Assembly (NCBI GenBank): GCA_021773155.1
Contig: JAJFKQ010000027.1
Span: 8,820 to 72,819 of the forward strand
Source of the DNA: Woeseiaceae bacterium
Lineage (GTDB): Bacteria; Pseudomonadota; Gammaproteobacteria; Steroidobacterales; Woeseiaceae
Reading direction: 5' to 3'
Length of the DNA stretch: 64,000 bases
In this document: one piece after another, positions 10,213 to 19,159 of the stretch
Position numbering within the stretch: the first letter of the stretch is position 1
Layout: every line of letters begins with the position of its first letter
The notes under the pieces: model-generated
What the model saw: the letters and a program-made list of their open reading frames with translations, nothing else
Database searches by the model: none
Told to the model about the DNA's origin: nothing
Program-made: the position numbers and the translations under genes

Positions 10213-10221
10213 TGGTATACT
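10213..10221 (+). promoter_or_regulatory. candidate extended -10 promoter element for gspG operon
   Basis: TGgTATACT (TGn + TATACT) about 50 nt upstream of the gspG GTG; no good -35 seen. Confidence 0.3.
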
Positions 10222-10269
10222 GACGTTTAATTAATAAGCGAGTCAATCTGACGTTTTGGAGCACAGGAA

Positions 10270-10716
10270 GTGACGCAACTGAAAACACTGGGCCGCCGAC
10301 AGGCCGGTTTCACCCTTATCGAGATTATGGTCGTTGTGATTATCATCGGAATCCTGGCCGCTATTGTAGCGCCGAACGTCATTGGCCGAGTCGATGACGC
10401 TCGAATTACGGCCACCAAATCGGACATCGCGACTATTGAGGGGGCGTTGAAAATGTATCGACTTGATAACTTCGCTTATCCGGAGACTCAGTACGGACTG
10501 GAAGCGCTGGTGACCAGGCCGAGTGATCCGACGATCAAGAACTGGAATCCCGAAGGCTATATCGAGCGACTCAATAATGACCCTTGGGGAAACCCCTACC
10601 AGTACCTGAATCCAGGTAGCCATGGAGCGATCGACATTTACTCATTTGGCGCCGACGGAAAACCAGGTGGTGAGGATGTTGCTGCGGATATCGGCAACTG
10701 GGATGCCGATAAGTAA
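10270..10716 (+). CDS. gspG: type II secretion major pseudopilin GspG
   Basis: Prepilin leader ...RRQAG/FTLIEIMVVVIIIGILAAIV and the conserved GspG C-terminus (DPWGNPYQY, GADGKPGGE). GTG start. Confidence 0.9.
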   Translation: MTQLKTLGRRQAGFTLIEIMVVVIIIGILAAIVAPNVIGRVDDARITATKSDIATIEGALKMYRLDNFAYPETQYGLEALVTRPSDPTIKNWNPEGYIERLNNDPWGNPYQYLNPGSHGAIDIYSFGADGKPGGEDVAADIGNWDADK

Positions 10717-10735
10717 TCACCACCAGCGCGCCATA

Positions 10736-11299
10736 ATGCTTCCGCGAACTCGACAAACCGGTTTTTCGCTATTGGAAATAATGATCGTCGTAGTCATCGT
10801 CGGTATTGTTGTTTCCGTGGCGTCTTTGTCGCTGGGTATTCTTGGCAGCGACCGCGAACTAAGAAAAGAGGCTGATCGATTTATGGCACTCGCGGAGGTC
10901 GCTCAGGATGAAGCAACCATGCAAAGCCGCGAATTTGGCATCGAATTGATGACCGCTGGCTACCGCTTCGTGGAATACGACGCTCTATCAGGGCAATGGG
11001 CGGATGTTCCAGGCGACGAAACTTTGCGCTTGCGCGCACTTCCCGAAGACGTTGAATTCGAGCTCTATCTTGAGGATAAGCGTATCGTGCTTGACAACGA
11101 TCCCGCAGAATTCGATGACCCCGGGAAACAAAGCACCCGTTCAGCGAGCCAAAACTACGCGCCGCACTTATTGATTTTTTCCAGTGGCGACGCAACCCCG
11201 TTCGAACTACGAATTCTGCGAACCTATGGGGATCAGAATGTACTCCTCCGTGGTGATGCGCTCGGCGCGGTTGAGATCGTCGATCCGGATGAGGACTAG
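10736..11299 (+). CDS. gspH: type II secretion minor pseudopilin GspH
   Basis: MLPRTRQTG/FSLLEIMIVVVIVGIV prepilin N-terminus starting at the ATG at 10736. The listed 10622 start overlaps gspG. Confidence 0.75.
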   Translation: MLPRTRQTGFSLLEIMIVVVIVGIVVSVASLSLGILGSDRELRKEADRFMALAEVAQDEATMQSREFGIELMTAGYRFVEYDALSGQWADVPGDETLRLRALPEDVEFELYLEDKRIVLDNDPAEFDDPGKQSTRSASQNYAPHLLIFSSGDATPFELRILRTYGDQNVLLRGDALGAVEIVDPDED

Positions 11300-11302
11300 A
11301 CG

Positions 11303-11755
11303 ATGAAATCGCGGACAAGTCGCGGCTTCACGTTGCTGGAGGTGATGGTCGCACTCACAATCGTCTCACTGTCCCTCATATTCGTTGCTACGAGTATGAG
11401 CCAGATGATCTTCGAAGCGCAGACGATGCGAAATCGAACCTATGCCAGCTGGATTGCGCAGAACCGAATTGCAGAGCTCAGGCTCGCACCGGCGACACCG
11501 GATGTTGGTGCCAGCAACGGCGAAGTGCAATTTGCCAATACTGACTGGACCTGGCGCGCTGTCGTTTCAGAGACCGGTGTCGAGGACCTTTATCGTATCG
11601 ATGTTTCTGTGTCATTTGCCGGCAGCGATGATAACGTTCGAACGGTGACCGGCTTTGTCGGACCACCGGGTTCACCCGGTGCGGCCAATCAACCCTATAG
11701 CGGAGTCCGAAGATCGATCCAGCCTCCCGATTCCAATGCCGGTGCCGAATCATGA
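11303..11755 (+). CDS. gspI: type II secretion minor pseudopilin GspI
   Basis: SRG/FTLLEVMVALTIVSL prepilin N-terminus; position in the gsp order. Confidence 0.8.
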   Translation: MKSRTSRGFTLLEVMVALTIVSLSLIFVATSMSQMIFEAQTMRNRTYASWIAQNRIAELRLAPATPDVGASNGEVQFANTDWTWRAVVSETGVEDLYRIDVSVSFAGSDDNVRTVTGFVGPPGSPGAANQPYSGVRRSIQPPDSNAGAES

Positions 11756-12366
11756 GCATGCGCCGCGCAAAAGGATTTACGTTAATTGAGGTCCTCGTTT
11801 CGATGGCCGTGTTTGCCGTCATGACCATTCTGGCCTACATGTCATTGGGTCAGACTCTGTCGAATGCCGATATGCTGACCGAGCGCATGGATCGACTACA
11901 GGCGATTCAACGCACGATGCGTTATCTGAGTAATGACCTGACTGCTGCATCACCACGTCCCGTGCGCGATGAGCTTGGCCAGGGCTATTCGCCTGCTGTG
12001 ATGGTATCGGCCGCGAACGACTTCGCGCTGGCTGTAACGCACGGTGGCTGGACTAATCCGGCCGGACTTCCAAGGAGCACACAGCAACGCAGTGTCTACT
12101 TGCTGGAAGATGGCAAGTTATTTCGTGTCTATTACAACGTCCTTGATTCGACCTATTCCAACAACGCTATTTCGACAGAGATTCTTGATGGTGTGGAGCG
12201 CCTTGAATTTCGCCTCATGCAGGATAACGGTCAGGAGACCAATCAGTGGCCACCGCTGGGTGCCCAGGGCCCGAGCGCCGAAACAATGCGGCCGCGTGCG
12301 GTTGAAATAATTCTGACGCTCGAAGGTGAAGGCGAGATTCGTCGCATCATAGAGGTGGCATCGTGA
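11752..12366 (+). CDS. gspJ: type II secretion minor pseudopilin GspJ
   Basis: AKG/FTLIEVLVSMAVFAVM prepilin N-terminus; 4-nt overlap coupling to gspI and gspK. Confidence 0.8.
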   Translation: MSMRRAKGFTLIEVLVSMAVFAVMTILAYMSLGQTLSNADMLTERMDRLQAIQRTMRYLSNDLTAASPRPVRDELGQGYSPAVMVSAANDFALAVTHGGWTNPAGLPRSTQQRSVYLLEDGKLFRVYYNVLDSTYSNNAISTEILDGVERLEFRLMQDNGQETNQWPPLGAQGPSAETMRPRAVEIILTLEGEGEIRRIIEVAS

Positions 12367-13304
12367 ACCCGGCGAAACGTACTCGCGGAGTCGCATTAAT
12401 CACCGCAATGCTAATTACTGCACTGACCGGTTCGCTAGCCGCCGGCCTTGTCTGGAACAATGCGCTCGATGTACGCCGTACCATGACCCTCCTGTTTCAC
12501 GAGCAAGGTTTACAGGTCGCATTGGGTGCAGAGTCCTGGATACGCAATATACTTCGCGATGACAGCCTTGATAGCCAGACAGATCACCTTGGAGAATTAT
12601 GGGCGAGTGAATTGCCCGGATTGCCGGTGGACAACGATTCTGTGCAGGGTGCCGTCACGGGTAAAGTCGAAGATTTGAACGGGCGTTTCAACGTCAACAA
12701 CCTTGTCGACCAAAGCGATAACATCGACCAGGCTGCACTCGAACAATTTAGACGACTGCTGATTATCCTGGAAATTGACCCTAGATTCGCCGGCTTAACG
12801 GCCGACTGGATCGATGCTAATGAGGACGCGGGATTTCCAGATGGTGCGGAAGATTCGATTTACACGAGCCTTACGCCACCGTATCGGGCCTTTAATCGTC
12901 CGCTCGTCAATGTCACTGAACTGGCGGCGCTGGAAGGTATGGACAAGGCCAGTTTTGACCGTCTGTTGCCACACATAACCGCACTGCCCGTCCGCACAAG
13001 CATCAACGTGAATACCGCGACACCCGCTGTATTGCAGTCACTCGACGCCAACATGGATCCAAGCACCGTTGAAAGCCTGCTGTCGCAACGTGAAGAAAGT
13101 GGTTTTCAGGATATCAAGGCGACCTTCGGCGCGTTCGTGACAAACCCGGCAATACTTGATCAACTGGACGGCAGCAGTGAATATTTTCAATTGAAGGCTG
13201 TCGTGCAGATTGATACCGTTCGTGTCACTTACTACAGCATCTTGTTGCGGGCGCCGAATGGTGGCCCTGTGACGACCATATTGCGCAGCCTGGGGACCAT
13301 CTAA
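12363..13304 (+). CDS. gspK: type II secretion minor pseudopilin GspK
   Basis: RGVALITAMLITAL N-terminus, about 310 aa, with the conserved LNGRFNVNNL and INVNTA motifs of GspK. Confidence 0.8.
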   Translation: MNPAKRTRGVALITAMLITALTGSLAAGLVWNNALDVRRTMTLLFHEQGLQVALGAESWIRNILRDDSLDSQTDHLGELWASELPGLPVDNDSVQGAVTGKVEDLNGRFNVNNLVDQSDNIDQAALEQFRRLLIILEIDPRFAGLTADWIDANEDAGFPDGAEDSIYTSLTPPYRAFNRPLVNVTELAALEGMDKASFDRLLPHITALPVRTSINVNTATPAVLQSLDANMDPSTVESLLSQREESGFQDIKATFGAFVTNPAILDQLDGSSEYFQLKAVVQIDTVRVTYYSILLRAPNGGPVTTILRSLGTI

Positions 13305-13306
13305 GC

Positions 13307-14560
13307 ATGTCAGAGTACGTTGTCATACGGTTAGCCGCCGAAGACCGGGCGGTCGAGTGGGTGCTGGTTGACAGCAATGGAACGCGACGCAGCGGCGTAT
13401 CGAGCGGCGATCTCGAACAAGCGGCTGCCGCTGCCGGCGATCATGCTGTTATCGTGCTCGTTCCCGCGGAAGACGTCTTGCTGACGTCGGTAACTATCCC
13501 TGCGCGATCTACGGCGAAGATTAGAACGGCGCTGCCGTTCGCGCTCGAGGAAAATCTCGCCGATGACGTCGAAGACCTGCATTTTGCGATTGGCGATCGG
13601 CAGGAAAACAATCGACTACCCGTAGCCGTTGTTTCCCACGAGAAGATGTCGCGATGGCAAAACCGCCTTAACGAGGCGGGAATCGTGCCGGTAATGCTGG
13701 TCGCGGAAAATCACGGCTTGGCAAAGATTCCCGGCACATTGTCATTAATGGTCGACGACGAAACGGTCATGTTTAACGATGGCGCCGATACAGAGTTCGG
13801 CATGCAGGAGGTGAAGCCGAGTGACGTCCTGGTAATTGCCGGGCAACTGGGTGAAACGCAGCAAGAGGATGGTGAGAACTCGGGACATCTGATTGTCTTT
13901 TGCACGCCCGAGCAGGATGAAAACCTGTCGCATGACTGGATAGCGTTACGGCACGAGTTGCACAGTGTTGATGTCAACGTACTGCCCGATGGCGTATTGC
14001 CGAAACTGGCGGTCACCGTTGCGGCTGGACACGGCATTAATCTCCTGCAAGGTTCGTACGGCAAGACAACAGAGTATGGGCCGCTACTGCGACCCTGGAA
14101 ACTCGCCGCCCTGCTGTTGCTGGGACTGACGATCGTTGGCATGGCGCTGAAGGGCGTGGGTTATTACCAGCTATTACAGGATGAGGCTACGTTACGCGCC
14201 CAATTTAATGCTGAGTATCGGTTGCTGCGCCCGGGAGATACCCGCGAAATAATTGACCCCCTGGCGACGATACAGTCGTTACGTCGTGGTACCGAGGCAT
14301 CTGCAGCGCCACGAGTATTTCTGCCCAGCTTGCGTGAGCTGGGCGCGGCGCTCGACGCAAATTCGGGCGCAGAAATTGAGGCAATTAGCTATAGGGCTGG
14401 AATCGTCGACTTGCGACTGACCGTCCCGGACGTTGCGACGCTCGACAATATTCAGAAGGCTGTGAGTGCGTCCGGTCGATTCCGGGCATCCATACAATCA
14501 ACTGACCAGGTGGCCGACAAGATAAATGGGCGCATCCAGATCCGGGAGGCAGGCACATGA
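13307..14560 (+). CDS. gspL: type II secretion protein GspL
   Basis: About 417 aa with a cytoplasmic actin-like N-domain (ALPFALEENLADDVEDLHFA), one TM and a periplasmic domain; gene order. Confidence 0.75.
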   Translation: MSEYVVIRLAAEDRAVEWVLVDSNGTRRSGVSSGDLEQAAAAAGDHAVIVLVPAEDVLLTSVTIPARSTAKIRTALPFALEENLADDVEDLHFAIGDRQENNRLPVAVVSHEKMSRWQNRLNEAGIVPVMLVAENHGLAKIPGTLSLMVDDETVMFNDGADTEFGMQEVKPSDVLVIAGQLGETQQEDGENSGHLIVFCTPEQDENLSHDWIALRHELHSVDVNVLPDGVLPKLAVTVAAGHGINLLQGSYGKTTEYGPLLRPWKLAALLLLGLTIVGMALKGVGYYQLLQDEATLRAQFNAEYRLLRPGDTREIIDPLATIQSLRRGTEASAAPRVFLPSLRELGAALDANSGAEIEAISYRAGIVDLRLTVPDVATLDNIQKAVSASGRFRASIQSTDQVADKINGRIQIREAGT

Positions 14561-15048
14561 ACGAATGGTTTGACTCTCTCGGTCCTCGCGAACGGCAATT
14601 TGTCTCAATCGGTGCCGTTCTCGCTGTAATCGCCCTTGCTTACGGCCTGGGCTGGGCTCCGCTGGACAAGAAGCACACTGAACTCAAGAGTGACGTCGCC
14701 GTGTGGGAACGTTCACTTGCCGAGCTGCGTCCATTGCAGGTAACAGCAGGGACTGGTGGCCAGGTTCGTGCAAATTCAACAGCCGGTGTTCAGCAGTCGC
14801 CAATCATCATTGTTGACCAGACGTTGCGTAGTCGCGGACTGGAGAGATATCGACAACGCAGCCAACCAACATCCAGTAATGGCATTCGAGTTGAGTTTGA
14901 GAATGTTGCCTTTGATGAGCTTGTACTGTGGCTGGGCGATCTTAGCGGGCAGTACGCGATGCACGTACAGGCCGGAAGTTTCTCTGTCGGATCACAGGTT
15001 TCCCCGGGGCGCATTAATGCGTCGCTAACTCTGGAGCGTGCTCTTTGA
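14557..15048 (+). CDS. gspM: type II secretion protein GspM
   Basis: 163 aa with a single N-terminal TM; overlap-coupled between gspL and gspN. Confidence 0.7.
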   Translation: MNEWFDSLGPRERQFVSIGAVLAVIALAYGLGWAPLDKKHTELKSDVAVWERSLAELRPLQVTAGTGGQVRANSTAGVQQSPIIIVDQTLRSRGLERYRQRSQPTSSNGIRVEFENVAFDELVLWLGDLSGQYAMHVQAGSFSVGSQVSPGRINASLTLERAL

Positions 15049-15785
15049 TTCGCTCGAAACGCGGTCTCATAACGACCGGTGTGCTTACACTGGTTTTCGG
15101 TGTCATCGTTATGTTCCCTGCAAGAGTAGCTATCGGCTGGTTCGCGCCGGCTGAAGTCGCGATCGCCGGAATAAAGGGTTCGGTCTGGCGAGGCAGCGCG
15201 AATGAAGCTGCGGTCAACGGTCTCTATATGCGCGATGTTGAGTGGCGTCTGAATGCACTGCGCCTTTTCACCGGTGAACTGTCCTACAGCGTCGAAGCCA
15301 CGCCGATGTCCGGGTTTCTCGAGTCTGACGTCAGCATCGGCTACAGCGGTGCACTGACTTTGTCAGACCTGACTGCTGCGTTGCCTTTGGATCTGTTGGC
15401 CGACGTAACAAACGTGCCTGGATTACAAGGTAATGTCAGCCTGACTTTCGATCGAATAGAGATTGTTGACGGCCTGGCAACCGCTGCAGATGGCACAGCG
15501 CAATTCGCCGACCTGATGATACCGATTTTCGGGCGTGATTCTCTCGGCGGATATAAAGCGGAGTTTTTTACTCAAGATAACGGCATCACGGCAAGCATCG
15601 AGGATACTGACGGCGTACTGGATATCGCTGGCAGTGTTCAGGTCAGCGCGGACAGGTCATTCGAATTCATCGCGCTGGTGATAGCGAAGCCGGAAGCACC
15701 GCAAGGAATCCGCCAACTATTAGAGACTCTGCCGGCAGCAAACGAGCTTGGTCAGCGCGAACTACGCTACGCAGGCATCCTCTAA
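15045..15785 (+). CDS. gspN: type II secretion protein GspN
   Basis: 246 aa with an N-terminal TM (GVLTLVFGVIVMFP) and the GSVWRGSA motif typical of GspN; last gene of the operon. Confidence 0.65.
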   Translation: MIRSKRGLITTGVLTLVFGVIVMFPARVAIGWFAPAEVAIAGIKGSVWRGSANEAAVNGLYMRDVEWRLNALRLFTGELSYSVEATPMSGFLESDVSIGYSGALTLSDLTAALPLDLLADVTNVPGLQGNVSLTFDRIEIVDGLATAADGTAQFADLMIPIFGRDSLGGYKAEFFTQDNGITASIEDTDGVLDIAGSVQVSADRSFEFIALVIAKPEAPQGIRQLLETLPAANELGQRELRYAGIL

Positions 15786-18700
15786 ACTGGAACCTCGACA
15801 AACGACTGTAATAACGGGAAGTACAGCGCGCATTTGACGTTCGCACCCGACCAGTTGTTGTAGATCGCTGCATAGCGCGCCAGTTGCGCTTTGTACCGGT
15901 CAGCTTCTACCTGCAGGAAACCCGCAAGATTTCCGCCTTCGTGCGAACTGGTTTTGTAGTCGATTATCCAGTGAGTATTGTCCTCAGCGATTCGAACCCG
16001 GTCGAGAATTACGGACACCAGTTCATCATTCGCGACACCAGTGAGAGCAAGCTCTGCGTGTCCCTCACCGTCAAGAATCCAGCGCCCCTTTTCATCATCC
16101 AGCATTGCAGTAACTGCATTCTCAACACGATCCAGAACGGGTTTCGCTGCGTCTTGGGAAATACCGCTCTCCTGCAGCCAGCGAGAAGTTATTTTGCGCA
16201 GCTCGAGTCGATCTGCAAACGGCTTGCTGTTGTGTTCTTCAGCGATAAGTTGTAACCACCGGTGCAGCAGTGTTCCTGCAACGCGTGCGTCGCTACCAAC
16301 CCAGTAAAACTCCACTTCATTGTCGGCATCAGACGTGTCGTGCTGTGGTACAAAGCCCGGCAGTAACGGCACATCAGGCAACGTCCACGGCGTGATAAAT
16401 CGTCGCAATTCGGGCGTCACCCAAACGGAGGAATCTCTGTCCGGAGTTGAAATCTCAGCGGCTTCAAACTGGCCTGCAAATTGCCCCTCCAGTGCTGGCC
16501 ATAGCAAATGCAACAAGCTGTCGCTTCTGGCCGCCTTGAACGACTCCCCGTCTGGTGCTACCGCTGTATTACCCATGAGGTGCAGTGATTTCCTGGCGCG
16601 TGTACAGGCTACGTAGAGCAACCGAGCTTGTTCGTGTCGGTCCTTTTGAGACTCTGTTAGCTCGATGTAGCGATGCACAGGATCATTTTCAACTTCAGCG
16701 CGCGGTCCAACCGGGCTGATCACTTTTCGCTCTGCGCCGTGCTGAATTGGCAAATCGAACCAGGACAATACACGGCGATCGCCCTTACCGGGCTGTCGCC
16801 CAAGCCCGAACAACAATACGTGATCGAATTGCAGCCCTTTGGCGCGGTGCATCGTCATGATTTGGAGTCGAGCGTTGTCGTTATTCGAAACGCGTTCCAG
16901 ATCGAGCACGGATTCCAGCTCACCGACATCAATTAATGTTCCGGCCCGTTCCAGGTCACCCAGTACATCCAGATAGCGATAAACGTTCTCAATAGCATAG
17001 TCATCATCAAATGCCCCCGGCCCGCCGAGCGCAAACCAGACACGCTCTATCAGATCACGCAGATTCTGCGAACGCCGCGGTGCCGTCAGTAGCTCAAGTG
17101 ACACGCGTGTGAGCTCGATCGCTCGCTGTCCGTACTCCGACAGAGAAGACAAACGTTCCTCATTTTGCAGTAGTTCCCATACGGTGCTGGTCGAGTCGTT
17201 TCGAACCAGCGTGTGCAGATCTGACCATTGCAGACCTATCCAGGGCGCACGCAGCAAACCCAGCCAGGCGATACGATCACCTTGGTGAGCTGCGGCCCGG
17301 GTTAAGGCCAGTACATCAATAATTTCTGGCAAATCCGTCAGACGGTCAATCTCGACAGCACGGTACGGTATGCCGGCGGATCGTAACCTGGCCAGCAACT
17401 GCGGCAATTGCGTTCGGCCCCGGACGAGTACTGCCATGTCGTCATCGGGATTGCTATTGAGGGTATCTGCAATAACCTGGCAACCTGAGGCCGCCTCAGC
17501 ATCCGTATCGGCACCAAACACGGCATGCGTAACGCAACTCCCCTGCCCTTGAAGATGATCGACTGGCACCGCCTCTGAATACGACACAGCGCCACGAAGC
17601 GGATCGTCATTCTCCGCAAGGATCGTGGGGAATACGGTATTGAACCAGTCGACCAGCCACTCGCCCGAGCGGAAGTTTCGTCGTAACAACAGAGGTTCGA
17701 GGCGAATGTGGCCGATGCCAAACTCCTGTGCGAGCAGGAACTGCCCGACTTCTGCATTTCGAAAACGATATATCGATTGCATCGGATCACCGACACAATA
17801 AAGACTACGACCGTCGCCCGGCTCCCAGCCACCCGTGAGCGTCTCCAACATGCGGTATTGGGCGGCGGACGTATCCTGCATCTCGTCGACCAGCAGGTGT
17901 TTCACCTGGTAGTCCAGTAGCAGCGCTATATCGCCAGGGTTCTCTGCACTTCCCAGAGCGGCCCCTGCAGATAGCGCGACCTCGACATGGTCAGAAATCC
18001 CTTGCTCGTTAAACAGTCGCTGCAATTCCGTAACGGCCAATGGCAATAGCCGAAACAGCGCCAGTAACACCTGCCATTGTTCGTCGGTGTAGTTGACTGG
18101 TGGTAACGAGAGTAAGCCGTGCAAACTCTCCGCAAGTTCGACATCGCACGCCAGCGTTTCGAGCAACGCATGCATCATGTCTTTCCTGGTCTTGTCACCC
18201 GCCGGGAAGCCCTGCCGTTTATCGACACGCTTTCGGAATTGTCCTTGCTGAGTTAACAGCATTTCTGCAATTCCGCACCAATGTAATATCTCTGCGGGGA
18301 TCGGCGTCGGCAGTTCCGTCGCACCTGCGAGACTGCAAATGGGGCTTGCAGTCGCTCCGGCGTCGCTCATGTTTGTCCCGGCATAGTCGAGTAGTTCGCA
18401 GAGGTCGGCATACACGCCTGCATCCAGTCGATCAGCAGTTCTTTGCAAGTGCTCCGTAACCGCGAACTCGAGGCTTTCCTCAAATTTTTGCCGCAACACC
18501 TCGGCGTCGGCATCCGATAACAACCCGCTGCCAACAAACGGCAGCCATTGATCTCGCGTACCCAGCATTTGTGACAAATACGATGCGTAAACCCAGGTAT
18601 TGTTATCAACGTGCTGCAGTACTTCGACCGTCGCCGCCTGCATGGCACCCTTCTCCGCGAGCCAGTCGAGCGTAGCTATCGATGCCACCTGGTGAATGGC

Positions 18701-19159
18701 CTGCAGTTCCGCACCGACCACCACGCGAGCCCCGCCGCCAGGCGAACTCAATGGTTGAGCTCGTGCGATCGATGCGTTCAGTGAGTCGAGTGTCAGGATA
18801 CGCATGCGACGTGGATTGCCGATCAGGTTCCACTTGAGTGCGTCGCTTTTCTGCAAAGCCTGACCAGCGAGTGCGTAGGTTTTGCGTTCGTGGTCTTCTT
18901 CGGGTTCATTGCCACTCATTCTTCGGCGCAGAGCTTCCAGTACGCGCAACTGCATCTCGGCAGCCGCTTTGCGCGTGAACGTAATCGCGATGACTTCTTC
19001 GGGATACTCAACCACTGCAAGCAAAGCGAGGTAACGCTGAATAAGAAGTTCTGTTTTGCCCGACCCGGCCGGCGCCTGCACGATGAACGAGCGTGTTACA
19101 TCCAGCGCATCAATTCGCGCCTGTACGTCGTCCTGCAACAGCTGCTTATCAGTTGTCAC
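15782..19159 (-). CDS. addA: AddA-type ATP-dependent helicase/nuclease (UvrD/Rep helicase + C-terminal RecB-family nuclease)
   Basis: Walker A APAGSGKTELL, UvrD helicase motifs (VDEMQDTS, TMHRAKGLQFD) and a C-terminal PD-(D/E)XK motif (WIIDYKT). Confidence 0.65.
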   Translation of the reverse strand: MTTDKQLLQDDVQARIDALDVTRSFIVQAPAGSGKTELLIQRYLALLAVVEYPEEVIAITFTRKAAAEMQLRVLEALRRRMSGNEPEEDHERKTYALAGQALQKSDALKWNLIGNPRRMRILTLDSLNASIARAQPLSSPGGGARVVVGAELQAIHQVASIATLDWLAEKGAMQAATVEVLQHVDNNTWVYASYLSQMLGTRDQWLPFVGSGLLSDADAEVLRQKFEESLEFAVTEHLQRTADRLDAGVYADLCELLDYAGTNMSDAGATASPICSLAGATELPTPIPAEILHWCGIAEMLLTQQGQFRKRVDKRQGFPAGDKTRKDMMHALLETLACDVELAESLHGLLSLPPVNYTDEQWQVLLALFRLLPLAVTELQRLFNEQGISDHVEVALSAGAALGSAENPGDIALLLDYQVKHLLVDEMQDTSAAQYRMLETLTGGWEPGDGRSLYCVGDPMQSIYRFRNAEVGQFLLAQEFGIGHIRLEPLLLRRNFRSGEWLVDWFNTVFPTILAENDDPLRGAVSYSEAVPVDHLQGQGSCVTHAVFGADTDAEAASGCQVIADTLNSNPDDDMAVLVRGRTQLPQLLARLRSAGIPYRAVEIDRLTDLPEIIDVLALTRAAAHQGDRIAWLGLLRAPWIGLQWSDLHTLVRNDSTSTVWELLQNEERLSSLSEYGQRAIELTRVSLELLTAPRRSQNLRDLIERVWFALGGPGAFDDDYAIENVYRYLDVLGDLERAGTLIDVGELESVLDLERVSNNDNARLQIMTMHRAKGLQFDHVLLFGLGRQPGKGDRRVLSWFDLPIQHGAERKVISPVGPRAEVENDPVHRYIELTESQKDRHEQARLLYVACTRARKSLHLMGNTAVAPDGESFKAARSDSLLHLLWPALEGQFAGQFEAAEISTPDRDSSVWVTPELRRFITPWTLPDVPLLPGFVPQHDTSDADNEVEFYWVGSDARVAGTLLHRWLQLIAEEHNSKPFADRLELRKITSRWLQESGISQDAAKPVLDRVENAVTAMLDDEKGRWILDGEGHAELALTGVANDELVSVILDRVRIAEDNTHWIIDYKTSSHEGGNLAGFLQVEADRYKAQLARYAAIYNNWSGANVKCALYFPLLQSFVEVPV

